From: a virus
Lineage: Duplodnaviria > Caudoviricetes
Virus record (IMG/VR): IMGVR_UViG_3300045996_001340
Coordinates: 1-59,720 of that record
Strand: one strand, 5' to 3'
Length of the DNA stretch: 59,720 nt
Shown piece after piece: positions 27,169 through 37,324 of this stretch. The position numbers were made by a program, and so were the translations under genes. Below the pieces are notes generated by a model. The model had not been told where the DNA came from, searched no databases, and saw nothing but the letters and a program-made list of their open reading frames with translations. Numbering within the stretch: position 1 is the stretch's first letter; every line of letters starts with the position of its first letter.

Positions 27169-28760
27169 TGGCTGAACGCTACCAAGACTTGCAGCGCCCG
27201 ACGCTGCTCGAGACCGGCATTGTCCAGAACAACGCAGGCTCTGCGGCTGTACGTCTGGCTCAAACCTTCAAGGACTTCGAGGCCACCACGGGCGAATTCG
27301 CGGGTGCACTGAATGCGCAACGCGGCGCGCGAGAAGGCGACGAAGCCGGCGCGTCCGGAAAGCCCGGGCTGCGTGCGGGCGTGCGCGCCATAACGAAGTA
27401 CGGCCAGGCGTACAACAACGCCGCGATCCGCAGCTACGCCATCAAGTCGGAAGCCGATGCAGACGAGACCGCGGCACGCCTTGAAACGGAAGCGGGCACG
27501 GACCCCGAAGCGTTCCGCACCGGCTTCTCGAAAGTTCGTGACGAAGTTCTCAAAACGGCCGAGCGCGATGCCCGGCCCGTGCTCGCGGAGATCTACAACC
27601 GCCGCCTCGCGGGAGGCATTGAACGCCTGACCATCGCCCAAGCCAAGGAGATCCGCGAGGAGCAGCGCGCGACCACCTCCGAAGGGATCGGGAGGGCCGT
27701 GGACAAGATCGCCAGGCTGCGCGCCTCAGACGATCCTCGAGTGATCGAGGAGCTCGCCGAAGAGGAGGTCAAGCTCAGCCTGATGATTGACGGGGCCGTG
27801 AATGATGGTACACTATCATTGACGGAAGGTTCTGCGTTGCGTCGCGACGCCGACCGAAGCATCATCAAGCAGACCGTCACTGCCCGATTCGCCCAGGAGT
27901 TCGACAACCCCTACGGCGACCCGATCGGGTTCATCGAAGACCTCCGCGAATCCAACAAGCAATCGAACGCCCTTCCTCCCGACGAGGAAGAGAAGCTCAT
28001 GGACGGGCTCATGGCCGAGCTGCGCGAACGTAACGCGCTTCGCTCTGCCCGCAAGTCTGCGTCCGACGCCGCCCAGCAAGCCCGGTTCGATGAAGGCGAC
28101 CGCGTCGCCACCGCATCGCTCCTGTCCGGCAGCCTCACTGTGCCGGCGCTTCACCGCATGGTGGAGTCGGGCAACCTCGAACCGTCCGTCGGCCGCACGC
28201 TCTACAACGAGCTCACGGCGGGCGACACCGTCGGGGGGCGCTCTGATCCCGCCGAGCTCTTCCGCACGCGCCTGACACTCCTCGAGCTCTCCGAAGACGA
28301 CATCCGAACCAACCGCGCGCTTTCCTTCAAAGATCGCGGCGACCTTCTGCTCCAACGCCGTGAGCTGCAGAACACATGGCGCGGCACGCAGCAAGCGCGC
28401 GAAGCCATCGGCCGCATCGATCGCGCACTCGGCATCGTCGAGGGCACTAACACCAAGCTGCTCACCGAAGAGGAGCTGCGTGCGCGCGACCAAGCGCTCA
28501 CCGAGTTCTACGACAAGGTCGACGGCCTGCCGCCGGCCGAGCGCCAGCTCAAAGCGATCGAGATGTCGGACGAGATCGTCAAGCGCGTCATCGCCGGCAA
28601 CGCCAACGTCGAGATCTCCCGCTGGCGCCAACGCATCGAATTCGCTCAGCAGCAGTTCCAAAGCAAGAAGTCGCCCTCGCAGCGCGAGACCGCTGACCAC
28701 AACTCAACGATCGCGAAGTGGGAAGGCAACATCAAACAGCTCGAAGCGAAGACCAAGTAA
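27168..28760 (+). CDS. Internal virion/ejection protein (gp15-like)
   Basis: 530-aa helical protein; position in the ejection block. Confidence 0.65.
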   Translation: MAERYQDLQRPTLLETGIVQNNAGSAAVRLAQTFKDFEATTGEFAGALNAQRGAREGDEAGASGKPGLRAGVRAITKYGQAYNNAAIRSYAIKSEADADETAARLETEAGTDPEAFRTGFSKVRDEVLKTAERDARPVLAEIYNRRLAGGIERLTIAQAKEIREEQRATTSEGIGRAVDKIARLRASDDPRVIEELAEEEVKLSLMIDGAVNDGTLSLTEGSALRRDADRSIIKQTVTARFAQEFDNPYGDPIGFIEDLRESNKQSNALPPDEEEKLMDGLMAELRERNALRSARKSASDAAQQARFDEGDRVATASLLSGSLTVPALHRMVESGNLEPSVGRTLYNELTAGDTVGGRSDPAELFRTRLTLLELSEDDIRTNRALSFKDRGDLLLQRRELQNTWRGTQQAREAIGRIDRALGIVEGTNTKLLTEEELRARDQALTEFYDKVDGLPPAERQLKAIEMSDEIVKRVIAGNANVEISRWRQRIEFAQQQFQSKKSPSQRETADHNSTIAKWEGNIKQLEAKTK

Positions 28761-30361
28761 TGACGAACTGGACTGTTGAGAACGACCCCGAAGTTCAGGC
28801 GTACGTGCGAGGGCAGTCGCTCGCCGCGGACGAAGCATCGAACGAGCAACTCGTCGCCGACATCAAGCAGCGCCGCCAAGCGCGCGAACATCCGTACCTC
28901 GACTTCGTGCGCAACCTGCCGAAGAACATCGGCATCGGCGGCTACAAGGGGCTCGTCGAGACGATCGACTCCGCACCGGAAGTCGGCGCGATACTCGGCG
29001 CTGCATCGGGCAATCCGATTGCCGCGGCCTCAGCAGTTGCCGGCGCGAGCAAACCAGAAGGCGAGGAGGCCGGCTTGTGGGACGCCGTGCCTCTCTCGGA
29101 GCGCTTCCCAGAGTTCATGGGCTCCGTGTCCGGATTCACCGAGTCGTGGGAGCGCAACGACCGGATGTCCGACGACGTCGTCCAAGGCATCACGCAGTTC
29201 ACGCTGCCGTTCATGGGGTGGCTCAAGGCTGCCGGAGGCGTCTCAGGCGCCACGAAGCTGGCGAAAGTCGGCAAGGCTGCAGCAGCCGAGGCCGCGACGG
29301 CGGCGACCGCATTCGATCCGCACGACGGTCGCTTCGCTGATCTCGCCAAGCTCGGCCGCGAGAGCGACACGAACTTCGGCAACCTTCTGCGCACCGTCGC
29401 GCCGGACGACTCGCTGACGAACCAATACATCGACTACATGACGAGCCGCGAGGACGAAGGCGCGCTCGAGGGCCGCTTCAAGAATGCGGTCGACGCCACG
29501 ATCAGCAGCGCCTTTGTCGCCGGCCTCATCAAGACCGCTGCAACCACGCGCAAGGGATTGCAGTATTCGATGGACAACGCGGCCGCTAGCTCAGGAGGCA
29601 AGGGCGTTCCGAATCAGCTCGGCATGGTTGCCTTCCACGGCACGCCGCACGACTTCGACGCGTTCGACCTGAGCAAGCTCGGCACGGGTGAAGGGCACCA
29701 AGCGTTCGGCCACGGCCTGTACTTCGCGGAAGCGGAGGGCACTGCGAAGCACTATCGCGGCGCGCTCAGTCGCCGGGGCATCACGCCCGGCTCTGCGATG
29801 GACAACGCGATGACGGCGATGGAGAAAGCGAACTGGGATGCGAAGCAGGCGTACGCGTCGCTCATGCGCACGGCGAGCTCGGCTCGCGATTCCGAGTACC
29901 GCGAGACGCTCATCAAGGCGGCGGACAAGATCAAAGCCGGCAACGTGAAGCAACTCGGCAAGCTGATGACGGTCGACATCCCGGACGAAGCTGTCGCGAA
30001 GATGCTGGACTTCGATACTCCGTTGCGCAATCAACCGAACATTCTCAAGCGCATACCGGCAGAGGATCGCGCCAAGCTCGAGGCAATGCTCGAGGAGAAC
30101 GATCACGTTGGCGATCTTGAGGAGTACACAGGCAACCAGCTCCAACAGATGATCGGCCGTGCCATCAGCGAAGACCGCATCGCGTTCAATCCGAAAGACG
30201 GCAACTTCGACAACACCAAGAAACTTGCTGCCGAATATTTCTTGGCGAACGACATTCCTGGCATCCGCTTCCTCGACGGCAACTCGCGCAGCAAAAGCGC
30301 TGGCACACGCAACATCGTGCTGTTCGACGACAAGCTCGTCACGATCACGAAGAAGGAATAA
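28760..30361 (+). CDS. Ejection protein with C-terminal ART-PolyVal-like (ADP-ribosyltransferase fold) domain
   Basis: FHGTPHDFDAFD...GTGEG.QAFGHGLYFAE...GIRFLDG.SR...RNIVLFD. Confidence 0.72.
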   Translation: MTNWTVENDPEVQAYVRGQSLAADEASNEQLVADIKQRRQAREHPYLDFVRNLPKNIGIGGYKGLVETIDSAPEVGAILGAASGNPIAAASAVAGASKPEGEEAGLWDAVPLSERFPEFMGSVSGFTESWERNDRMSDDVVQGITQFTLPFMGWLKAAGGVSGATKLAKVGKAAAAEAATAATAFDPHDGRFADLAKLGRESDTNFGNLLRTVAPDDSLTNQYIDYMTSREDEGALEGRFKNAVDATISSAFVAGLIKTAATTRKGLQYSMDNAAASSGGKGVPNQLGMVAFHGTPHDFDAFDLSKLGTGEGHQAFGHGLYFAEAEGTAKHYRGALSRRGITPGSAMDNAMTAMEKANWDAKQAYASLMRTASSARDSEYRETLIKAADKIKAGNVKQLGKLMTVDIPDEAVAKMLDFDTPLRNQPNILKRIPAEDRAKLEAMLEENDHVGDLEEYTGNQLQQMIGRAISEDRIAFNPKDGNFDNTKKLAAEYFLANDIPGIRFLDGNSRSKSAGTRNIVLFDDKLVTITKKE

Positions 30362-30364
30362 TCA

Positions 30365-33064
30365 GTGGCGGATCTCGGCCTCACAAAGGCAATCAAGTCT
30401 GCAGTCAAGACCGGCCTGAAGGGTGCAGAAGTTCTGCGCCCCGAGCAGATCGAACTGCGCAACAAGATCGGTGTCGGCCAGCCCGCGAAGCTCACGCCTG
30501 ACCCAGCAGTCGCGCCGACGATCTCGCCGGCTGTCGATCCGAACCCAATCCCGCCGCCCGATCCGGCCACCGCGCCACCGATCGCAGCAACGCCCGAGCT
30601 CCCGACGGAAGCTGCGACAACGGCCGAGGCTGACCGGCTCACGAAGATCGGCTTCAGCTCGTACGACCTGGACCAGTCGTTCCAGACGAACTTCGACACG
30701 ATCAAGACGACCGACGACATCAAGGCCGTCATCGCCGATCAGGCAGTGAAGAACGCGGGCAAGATCGACGAAGCCCGGCGCGGCGTCATCACGAATCAAG
30801 AGCTGGCGGCGCTTGCTGCGGACCTGGATCTCGACAACACGACCGTGCAGTCCGTGCTCACGCGCGAGTCTGGCGGCACGCTCAACGCCGAGACGATCCT
30901 GGCATCGCGCCAGATGTTGAACTCCAGCGCCGAGCGCATCAGCACGCTCGCGAAGAAGATCTCAACTGGGCAGGCGAGCGACATCGACCGCATCATGTTC
31001 CGTCGGCAGATGCAGTTCCATTCGGAGTTCCAGACGCAGTTCATGGGCGCCCGCGCCGAAGCCGGCCGCGCGCTCAACGCATTCAGCATTCCGACGAAGA
31101 TCAATGAGGCGCAGCTCGCGCGCATGAAGGAAACGGTGGAGCGCTCGTGGGGCGACACCGACGCGATGGCGAAGGCAGTCGGCGAAATCGATTCGACGCA
31201 GGGTATCAGCAAACTCGCACGGAAGTACACGCAGTCGCGTTTTTGGGGCGCGACTGCGGAACTCTTCGTCAACAGCATCTTGTCCGGCCCGAAGACCTTC
31301 ATGGTCAACCTCGCCGGCAATGCGCTGTTCCAGTCGATGAACGTTCTCGAGACTGCCGTGGCCGCGCGTATCGGCCGCTTCCTTCCTGGCGATGAGCACG
31401 TGCTGGTGGGCGAGGCTTCAAGCCAGATCCACGGCACGCTCGCAGGTGTGCGTGACGGGCTGCGCCTCGCAGCGAAGGCGGCCAAGTCGGGCCGCACGCT
31501 GGACGACATGGTGAAGTACGACACGGGCACCAACCGCTCGATAACGGCACAGAACCTGCTGCCGAAGGGCCTGCAGGACTCTCCCCTCGCGCATTTCGTC
31601 AACGGCCTCGGCGCGGTTATCCGTGCGCCGACCGAGCGCTTCATCGCGCCGACCGACGAGTTCTTCAAGACTATCGCGTACCGAGCAGAGCTCGAGCGCC
31701 AGGCGTTCGCGCACGCGCACGACCAGGTCAGCTCCGGCGCCGTGCAGGTTGCCGACGCCGCGACCGTTGCGCGCGAGTTCGCAGAGAACACGCCGGTCAA
31801 AGCACAGGAAGCAGCGGTCGAGTATTCGCGGTACGTGACGTTCCAGAATCAGCTCGGCGAGAAAGCTCGCGCGTTCGAGTCCGCGATCCGCAAGGTGCCG
31901 GCGCTCACGATCCTTGCACCGTTTATCCGCACGCCGCTGAACATCTTCAAGGCCGGCCTGCTCGAGCGGTCGCCGGTCGCGTTGTTCAGCCGGAAGTTCC
32001 GCGAAGACGTCAAGGCCGGCGGTCGACGCCGCGACCTCGCGCTCGCGCGCGTGACGATGGGCTCGCTGACCTCGGCCTGGGTGGCCTACGAAACGATCCA
32101 GGGCAACCTCACTGGCGGCGGCCCGCAGAATGACGAAGCACGTCAGCTGCTGCAGGCGCAGGGCTGGCAGCCGTACTCGGTGCGCTGGACGGACCCGGTA
32201 ACGGGCGACGTCAAGTACACAAGCTACGCGCGCTTCGAGCCGTTGGCGTTCGTCATCGGTGCGACGGCTGACGCTGCCGAGATCTCTTCGTACGTCAACA
32301 GCGACGTCGATACGGTCGCAAGCGAAGACCAGCAGCTGAACGAAGTGGCTGCGGCGATCATCGCGGGCATCGCGAACAACACGATGAGCAAGACCTTCAT
32401 GAAGGGTCTCGCCGACTTCAGCGAGTTGCTCTCCGATCCGAAGAGGTACATGAAGCAGTGGGGCGGCCAGATGGCGACGGCGTTCATCCCGTACTCCGCG
32501 TTCCGCCGCCAGATCAACCAAATCCAAGACCCGTACATGCGCGAAGCATGGACGCTCGTGGACAAGATCAAGACGCAGTCCGGCATCCCCGGCTACTCGG
32601 AAGAAGCGCCGCCGCGTCGTGACATCTTCGGCCAGCCGCGCAAGTACTCTGCCGGCGATCTCATCGGCCCGATGTCGCCGATGCCGACGTCGACCGAGAA
32701 CCCGGACCCTCTGCTGCGCGAGCTCACAGACATCATGACACAGACGCGCGAAGTGCCTATCACCATGCCGAGCAAGAGCGTGGAGGGCATGCGCCTCACA
32801 GCGGACGAGTACGACAATCTCGTGCGCCTGTCCAGGCTCGAACCGATCGTGCGTGGCCGCACCTTCGCCGAGGAGCTCGACCGCACGATCAACAGCTCTG
32901 CCTACGATCGCGCGACTCCGACGTTCCGTGCCGAGCTCTTGAAGGACCTGCAGGAGCGGTTCGACAGCGTTGCGAAGGCGCACCTCGAACGAGACAACCC
33001 CGGCTTCGCTTACCGCATTGAGGTCTACCGCTCCAAGCGCGACCGCCTCCGATTCGATCAATAA
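30365..33064 (+). CDS. Large internal virion/ejection protein (gp16/LPD38-like)
   Basis: 899 aa; NSILSGP.T...DEFFK...PFIRTP.N...TGGGP...GWQPYS. Confidence 0.75.
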   Translation: MADLGLTKAIKSAVKTGLKGAEVLRPEQIELRNKIGVGQPAKLTPDPAVAPTISPAVDPNPIPPPDPATAPPIAATPELPTEAATTAEADRLTKIGFSSYDLDQSFQTNFDTIKTTDDIKAVIADQAVKNAGKIDEARRGVITNQELAALAADLDLDNTTVQSVLTRESGGTLNAETILASRQMLNSSAERISTLAKKISTGQASDIDRIMFRRQMQFHSEFQTQFMGARAEAGRALNAFSIPTKINEAQLARMKETVERSWGDTDAMAKAVGEIDSTQGISKLARKYTQSRFWGATAELFVNSILSGPKTFMVNLAGNALFQSMNVLETAVAARIGRFLPGDEHVLVGEASSQIHGTLAGVRDGLRLAAKAAKSGRTLDDMVKYDTGTNRSITAQNLLPKGLQDSPLAHFVNGLGAVIRAPTERFIAPTDEFFKTIAYRAELERQAFAHAHDQVSSGAVQVADAATVAREFAENTPVKAQEAAVEYSRYVTFQNQLGEKARAFESAIRKVPALTILAPFIRTPLNIFKAGLLERSPVALFSRKFREDVKAGGRRRDLALARVTMGSLTSAWVAYETIQGNLTGGGPQNDEARQLLQAQGWQPYSVRWTDPVTGDVKYTSYARFEPLAFVIGATADAAEISSYVNSDVDTVASEDQQLNEVAAAIIAGIANNTMSKTFMKGLADFSELLSDPKRYMKQWGGQMATAFIPYSAFRRQINQIQDPYMREAWTLVDKIKTQSGIPGYSEEAPPRRDIFGQPRKYSAGDLIGPMSPMPTSTENPDPLLRELTDIMTQTREVPITMPSKSVEGMRLTADEYDNLVRLSRLEPIVRGRTFAEELDRTINSSAYDRATPTFRAELLKDLQERFDSVAKAHLERDNPGFAYRIEVYRSKRDRLRFDQ

Positions 33065-33076
33065 GAGACAACACGA

Positions 33077-35356
33077 ATGTCCATCGACACAGTCAACGAT
33101 ATCGCCCCGCGCGTTCAGTACGTCGCCTCTGCAGCCCAAACGGTCTTCGACTATCCGTTCCCGATCTTCCAGGACGCGGACCTGGTCGTGGACGTTGACG
33201 GCGCAACGAAGACTCTCAACACTGACTACACGGTCTCTGGGGAAGGTGACGACACGGGAGGCGATATCACGTTCGTCTCACCTTTGGTAGGCGGCGAGAT
33301 CGTCACGATCTACCGCGAGACAGAAATATCGCGCGAGACAGACTTCCAACAGAACGGCCCGCTGACTTCTCGCAGCATCAACGACGAGTTCGACAAGGGC
33401 ACGCTGGTGATGCAAGAGCTGCGCTCGGCCGTCAAGCGTTGCTTGCGCTTGCCGGTTATCGCTGAAGTGAATGACGCTGACATCGAGCTCGGGCCGATCA
33501 GCAACTGGCTTAGCCGGTTCGTCTTCATCGGACCGACCGGCGTCCCGGAGCCTGCGGCAGGGCTGTCGACCGTCACGTTGACGCAGTCGGTTGTCGGCAG
33601 CGTGCTCAATCCGCAGACGACGGCAGAGACTATCGCTGGCGCCACTGCGAATACGAACATCCCGTCGACCGAAGTGTTCAACTTCCGTCGCGTCCGCAAC
33701 CCTTCCGTGACGGAAGGCGTGACCAACGAGAGCGTTCAACTGTCGCAAGCTGCAGCCCTAGCGGCGGGCAAGGTGATCCTACTGCCGAAAGGGACCTACC
33801 TGGTCACGGGCACATGGACTCTCACGGCCGGCACCACGATCGTCGGCGAAGGCCCGGACACGATCATCAAGATGCAGTCCTCCCAGCTCGCGGCGGCCGA
33901 TCTTGCCGGGCTCACGTTCAAAAATCTCAAGGTCACCTCCAGCGTCACCGGAGCCGGGTTGATCTTCACCCGTTGCGACAACCTGACCTTCGAGAACGTT
34001 TGGTTCGACGGCACGATCGGAGGCACCAACCCTGCGGGCACGACGGCGTTGTGGCTAAAGGGGTGCGATGAAGTGCGCGTCACAGGGTGCCGCTTCATCA
34101 ACTACGCGAACGGCGTTTACGCCGGTGACGACGCCCTCGGCGAGAAGTGCGGCACGGTCCGAGTGTCCAAGTGCCATTTCGAGCACACGCTCCTGAGTGC
34201 TGCAAGCTATCCGACGGGCGTCTATCAGTACCAGTGCGACTATATGTACGTCGACCTGTGCTCGTTCAAGAACATCTTCCCCGGCGGTGCAGATCCGAGC
34301 CCGAGGGGATACGGATTCTACGAAGGCGACGGCGCGAGCATCGTCTCTTCAGTCACCAACAGCATCGGCATCTGCACTTCAGTTGCCAGCAACACCGGGC
34401 CGTTTGTGTTCGCGCAAGCAGCAGCCACTGTCACTTTCGCCGTGAGCAATTGTTACTTCAACGGCGCGGGCGAGTCGGCAGAGTTCGTGAGCGGCTCGGG
34501 ACGCACGCTGACGCAAGTCGTCGGCAACTACGTCTTGAACAGCTACTGCTTCCTGCAGCCTGGCGACGGCGCTACGTTGTGCGAGGCTGTCATTTTCGAG
34601 CGCAACTACTTCCGGCTGGCGAACAACAGCAACGCCGCGGTCCGCGTGGGCGGTAACGGCGGAGGGTTCAACTTCCTGCACTACAACCGCAACGTCATCA
34701 ACGGCAGCACTGCAGGCGGCCTGTTCGTCAGCGACGTACGCAAGTACGCCACGGTCACGAACAACACGTTCCAGGAGTGCAACACCGCAGACGCCGCCTT
34801 CAGCGCAGGAGTCAACGACTACCAGGTGTCGTGCATCTCGTTCTTCGGTTCGCGATTCGGTCTGGTCTCCGGCAACTACTGCGAGAACGCCCGTGCCGGC
34901 ATCGGCCGAGCCGACTATGGTTTCACTTGCGACGGGACCACGCATTCGATCGACGTGCGGCCGGACAACCGGTTCATCCGTATGGGGCTTGGCGGCGTGC
35001 GCAACACGGTGAACTTCGCGACGAATCCGTGGCCGTGGTACCAGCCGGGCGCGCAGATCTGGTTCGGCGACCCGACGACCGGCAATCCTCCGGGCCGTGT
35101 CTGCACCCACCTCTTCCAGACCACCATCTCTTCGACCGAGGCAGGAGGGCAGACGGTGCTGTCGGTGACTAGCAACACGGGCATGGCGGCGGATGATTTC
35201 GTCGGCATCTTGCTCGACACCGGCGCATACCACTACACCTACATCTCGAGCACCGGCGTTGGCACTATCACAGTCAACGTAGCCTTGCCGTCGCAAGCGG
35301 CAGCCGGCAACGAGGTGATCGTCAACCGGTTCAAAGCGATGGCGAACCTCGCGTGA
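33077..35356 (+). CDS. Tailspike: T7 gp17-like N-terminal anchor plus pectate-lyase-like beta-helix
   Basis: TVFDYPFPIF...DYTV.G...R.T...DFQ...N.EFD, then LPKGTY...IVGEG. Confidence 0.85.
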   Translation: MSIDTVNDIAPRVQYVASAAQTVFDYPFPIFQDADLVVDVDGATKTLNTDYTVSGEGDDTGGDITFVSPLVGGEIVTIYRETEISRETDFQQNGPLTSRSINDEFDKGTLVMQELRSAVKRCLRLPVIAEVNDADIELGPISNWLSRFVFIGPTGVPEPAAGLSTVTLTQSVVGSVLNPQTTAETIAGATANTNIPSTEVFNFRRVRNPSVTEGVTNESVQLSQAAALAAGKVILLPKGTYLVTGTWTLTAGTTIVGEGPDTIIKMQSSQLAAADLAGLTFKNLKVTSSVTGAGLIFTRCDNLTFENVWFDGTIGGTNPAGTTALWLKGCDEVRVTGCRFINYANGVYAGDDALGEKCGTVRVSKCHFEHTLLSAASYPTGVYQYQCDYMYVDLCSFKNIFPGGADPSPRGYGFYEGDGASIVSSVTNSIGICTSVASNTGPFVFAQAAATVTFAVSNCYFNGAGESAEFVSGSGRTLTQVVGNYVLNSYCFLQPGDGATLCEAVIFERNYFRLANNSNAAVRVGGNGGGFNFLHYNRNVINGSTAGGLFVSDVRKYATVTNNTFQECNTADAAFSAGVNDYQVSCISFFGSRFGLVSGNYCENARAGIGRADYGFTCDGTTHSIDVRPDNRFIRMGLGGVRNTVNFATNPWPWYQPGAQIWFGDPTTGNPPGRVCTHLFQTTISSTEAGGQTVLSVTSNTGMAADDFVGILLDTGAYHYTYISSTGVGTITVNVALPSQAAAGNEVIVNRFKAMANLA

Positions 35357-35781
35357 TCCTCACCCGGCACTACGACGACGGCCTGCTTACGCGCGGCGTC
35401 CTGCAGCTCCAAGGACTCACACTTCAAACGATCGAGCGGCCGTGGATTCCGAACCCGGAGGGGCCGGGCGGTCTGCCGAAGAAGTCCTGTGTTCCGGTCG
35501 GAACTTACACGCTCGAGCACCACAACGGCACGGACTTCAAGGACGTCTGGGCGCTCGTCAACCACGAGCTCGGCGTCTACCACTGGACGAAGCCTGAAGG
35601 GCAAACGTGGGGGCGCACGGCGATTCTGATCCATGCCGGCAACTACGTCGAGAACGTGATCGGCTGCATCGCGCCGGGCATGACCGGCGGCGACACATAC
35701 GTCTCCGAGTCGCGTGACGCCGTCCAGCTCATTCGCTCCATCCTCGACCGCCGACAGAAGCACACGCTGGTGATCCAATGA
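35353..35781 (+). CDS. DUF5675-family putative endolysin
   Basis: TIERPW...SCVPVGTY...R.AILIHAGN...GCIAPG; lies next to holin and spanin genes. Confidence 0.78.
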   Translation: MILTRHYDDGLLTRGVLQLQGLTLQTIERPWIPNPEGPGGLPKKSCVPVGTYTLEHHNGTDFKDVWALVNHELGVYHWTKPEGQTWGRTAILIHAGNYVENVIGCIAPGMTGGDTYVSESRDAVQLIRSILDRRQKHTLVIQ

Positions 35782-35993
35782 CCCCCGAGAGAGTTCGAAC
35801 GTGGATGTCGGCCCTCGGCGGCCGGCGCTTTCTGCTGACGATCGGCGCCAACACGGTGAACACGATCCTGTTCTGGCCGGTCGGCGCACTGAGCGAGCAG
35901 GGCTACCTGACGACCTTCGCCGCCACCGTGGCTGCGTATCTGGCCTCCGCAGGCTGGCAGAAGCACGTCGAAGCCAAGGCGTCCTCGCCATGA
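35778..35993 (+). CDS. Putative holin
   Basis: GRRFLL plus two hydrophobic segments. Confidence 0.65.
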   Translation: MTPERVRTWMSALGGRRFLLTIGANTVNTILFWPVGALSEQGYLTTFAATVAAYLASAGWQKHVEAKASSP

Positions 35994-36349
35994 TCCCGCT
36001 TCCTTACGTGGCCCTGGCGGGCCTGCTGATGGCTGTCGGCTCGTTCTTCTACGGCATCAGCGTCGGCAAGGACAGTGAGAAGGCGAACCGGGCCGAGGCG
36101 ATCGAGCTGGCCCGCGAGACGCGCAAGCTCGCGCTAGACGGCGCGCTCGAGGCGATCGGCAAGCAGCGACCCATCCACAAGACCATTCAGACCGAGACGA
36201 AAGAGGTGATTCGTGAAGTCCCTGTGTATCGCGATTGCAAGCACGATCCTGCTGTTGAGCGGCTGCTCGACTCAGCCCGTGCTAACGGAGCCGGATTCAA
36301 GCCTGAAGCTGGCGTGCCCTCTGGATCTGGGCAAGGGGAATCACCGTGA
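35990..36349 (+). CDS. i-spanin (Rz-like)
   Basis: N-terminal TM, coiled coil, PVYRDC. Confidence 0.75.
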   Translation: MIPLPYVALAGLLMAVGSFFYGISVGKDSEKANRAEAIELARETRKLALDGALEAIGKQRPIHKTIQTETKEVIREVPVYRDCKHDPAVERLLDSARANGAGFKPEAGVPSGSGQGESP

Positions 36350-36452
36350 TTTTGGTGGAACGACCGAAGAGCTGCTCGCAATGTACGAGCGCTATTTTGA
36401 ATGTGCGAAGGTTTGCAGGGCAGGAGACGGCAGTGATTCGACAGACAGGTGA
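36213..36452 (+). CDS. o-spanin lipoprotein (Rz1-like), overlapping
   Basis: LLLSGC lipobox; overlaps the Rz-like gene in another frame. Confidence 0.75.
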   Translation: MKSLCIAIASTILLLSGCSTQPVLTEPDSSLKLACPLDLGKGNHRDFGGTTEELLAMYERYFECAKVCRAGDGSDSTDR

Positions 36453-36633
36453 GGCGAAGGTGGGGACGGTTCTGATGTTGGCAGGGACGAGCGGCGCGAG
36501 TACAGCCACCAGCTTCTATGTCGAGACGCTGCCGATGCTGCAGTGGTTCTCGGTGCTGCTCGCCATTCTGTCGGGCCTCGTCGCGCTGGCGCTGGGCATC
36601 ATCAAGCTGATCGAGTATCTGCGTAAACGCTAG
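36433..36633 (+). CDS. Second holin/antiholin-like membrane protein
   Basis: AGGAG RBS and GTG start; TM helix with basic C-terminus. Confidence 0.6.
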   Translation: MIRQTGEAKVGTVLMLAGTSGASTATSFYVETLPMLQWFSVLLAILSGLVALALGIIKLIEYLRKR

Positions 36634-36902
36634 CACGTCTTGTATAGTTGTAGCAAACGCTCACCGGCATCTCGATCAGCGTTCACAAGAGTAAGGAGGC
36701 TGTCCGGATACCAGGAGACTCGGTTGAACGGGCGTTCGCCATCCAGCAACAGCAAAGCGAACTCCCCGTCCTGCCCTTGACCGTACATGTCGGAATAACT
36801 GTGGCTGACGATCGCTTCGAGCCCGGCGTCGAAATGCGACATGTACGGAGGGACGACGTCCGCAATCTTGACCCGCTGGCCTCGAAAGAACTTCTGACTC
36901 AT
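36630..36902 (-). CDS. Hypothetical protein
   Basis: QKFFRGQRVKIA...MSHF...SWY; coupled start. Confidence 0.7.
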   Translation of the reverse strand: MSQKFFRGQRVKIADVVPPYMSHFDAGLEAIVSHSYSDMYGQGQDGEFALLLLDGERPFNRVSWYPDSLLTLVNADRDAGERLLQLYKTC

Positions 36903-37324
36903 GTGAGCCGGTCCAGATAGATGTAAGTGCCCGGACCGCGCACCTTCGTCGTGTATGGCTTCAAGCCGCAGGCGATCAGGTTGCGCAGCGAGCTGATGTT
37001 CGTCGACAGCACGTACGTCCACACGCGCTGCAACGCTTCCTTGCGGACGTGCCGAATCACGGCACGAGTTAACCGCCTCTGCAGGCCGATCCCTCGCGCC
37101 TGTTCTACGACACCCGTCCGGGTGATGTAGCCTCCCTTCCACGTCGCTTTCATGCCGATATAGCCGACTGCCTCTGGCTCCTCGCCGGCGTACACTTCCT
37201 CGGCAACCCACCACGTGCACTTCGTCATCTGCTTGTCGGTCAGCTTGTACGCGTCATCCTTGAAACACTCCTTGTCCAAGCGCGCGATGAGCTCGTAGTC
37301 GTCGGTCTGGCGGATGCGAATCAT
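36899..37324 (-). CDS. GNAT acetyltransferase
   Basis: GVVEQARGIGLQRRL...N..S..NL..CG. Confidence 0.85.
   Translation of the reverse strand: MIRIRQTDDYELIARLDKECFKDDAYKLTDKQMTKCTWWVAEEVYAGEEPEAVGYIGMKATWKGGYITRTGVVEQARGIGLQRRLTRAVIRHVRKEALQRVWTYVLSTNISSLRNLIACGLKPYTTKVRGPGTYIYLDRLT

Noticed and set aside
8677-33139. Long antisense ORFs (e.g. 8677-10317, 24211-25374, 31418-33139)
   Set aside because: They are shadow frames of GC-rich genes, Arg-rich and without motifs or RBS.
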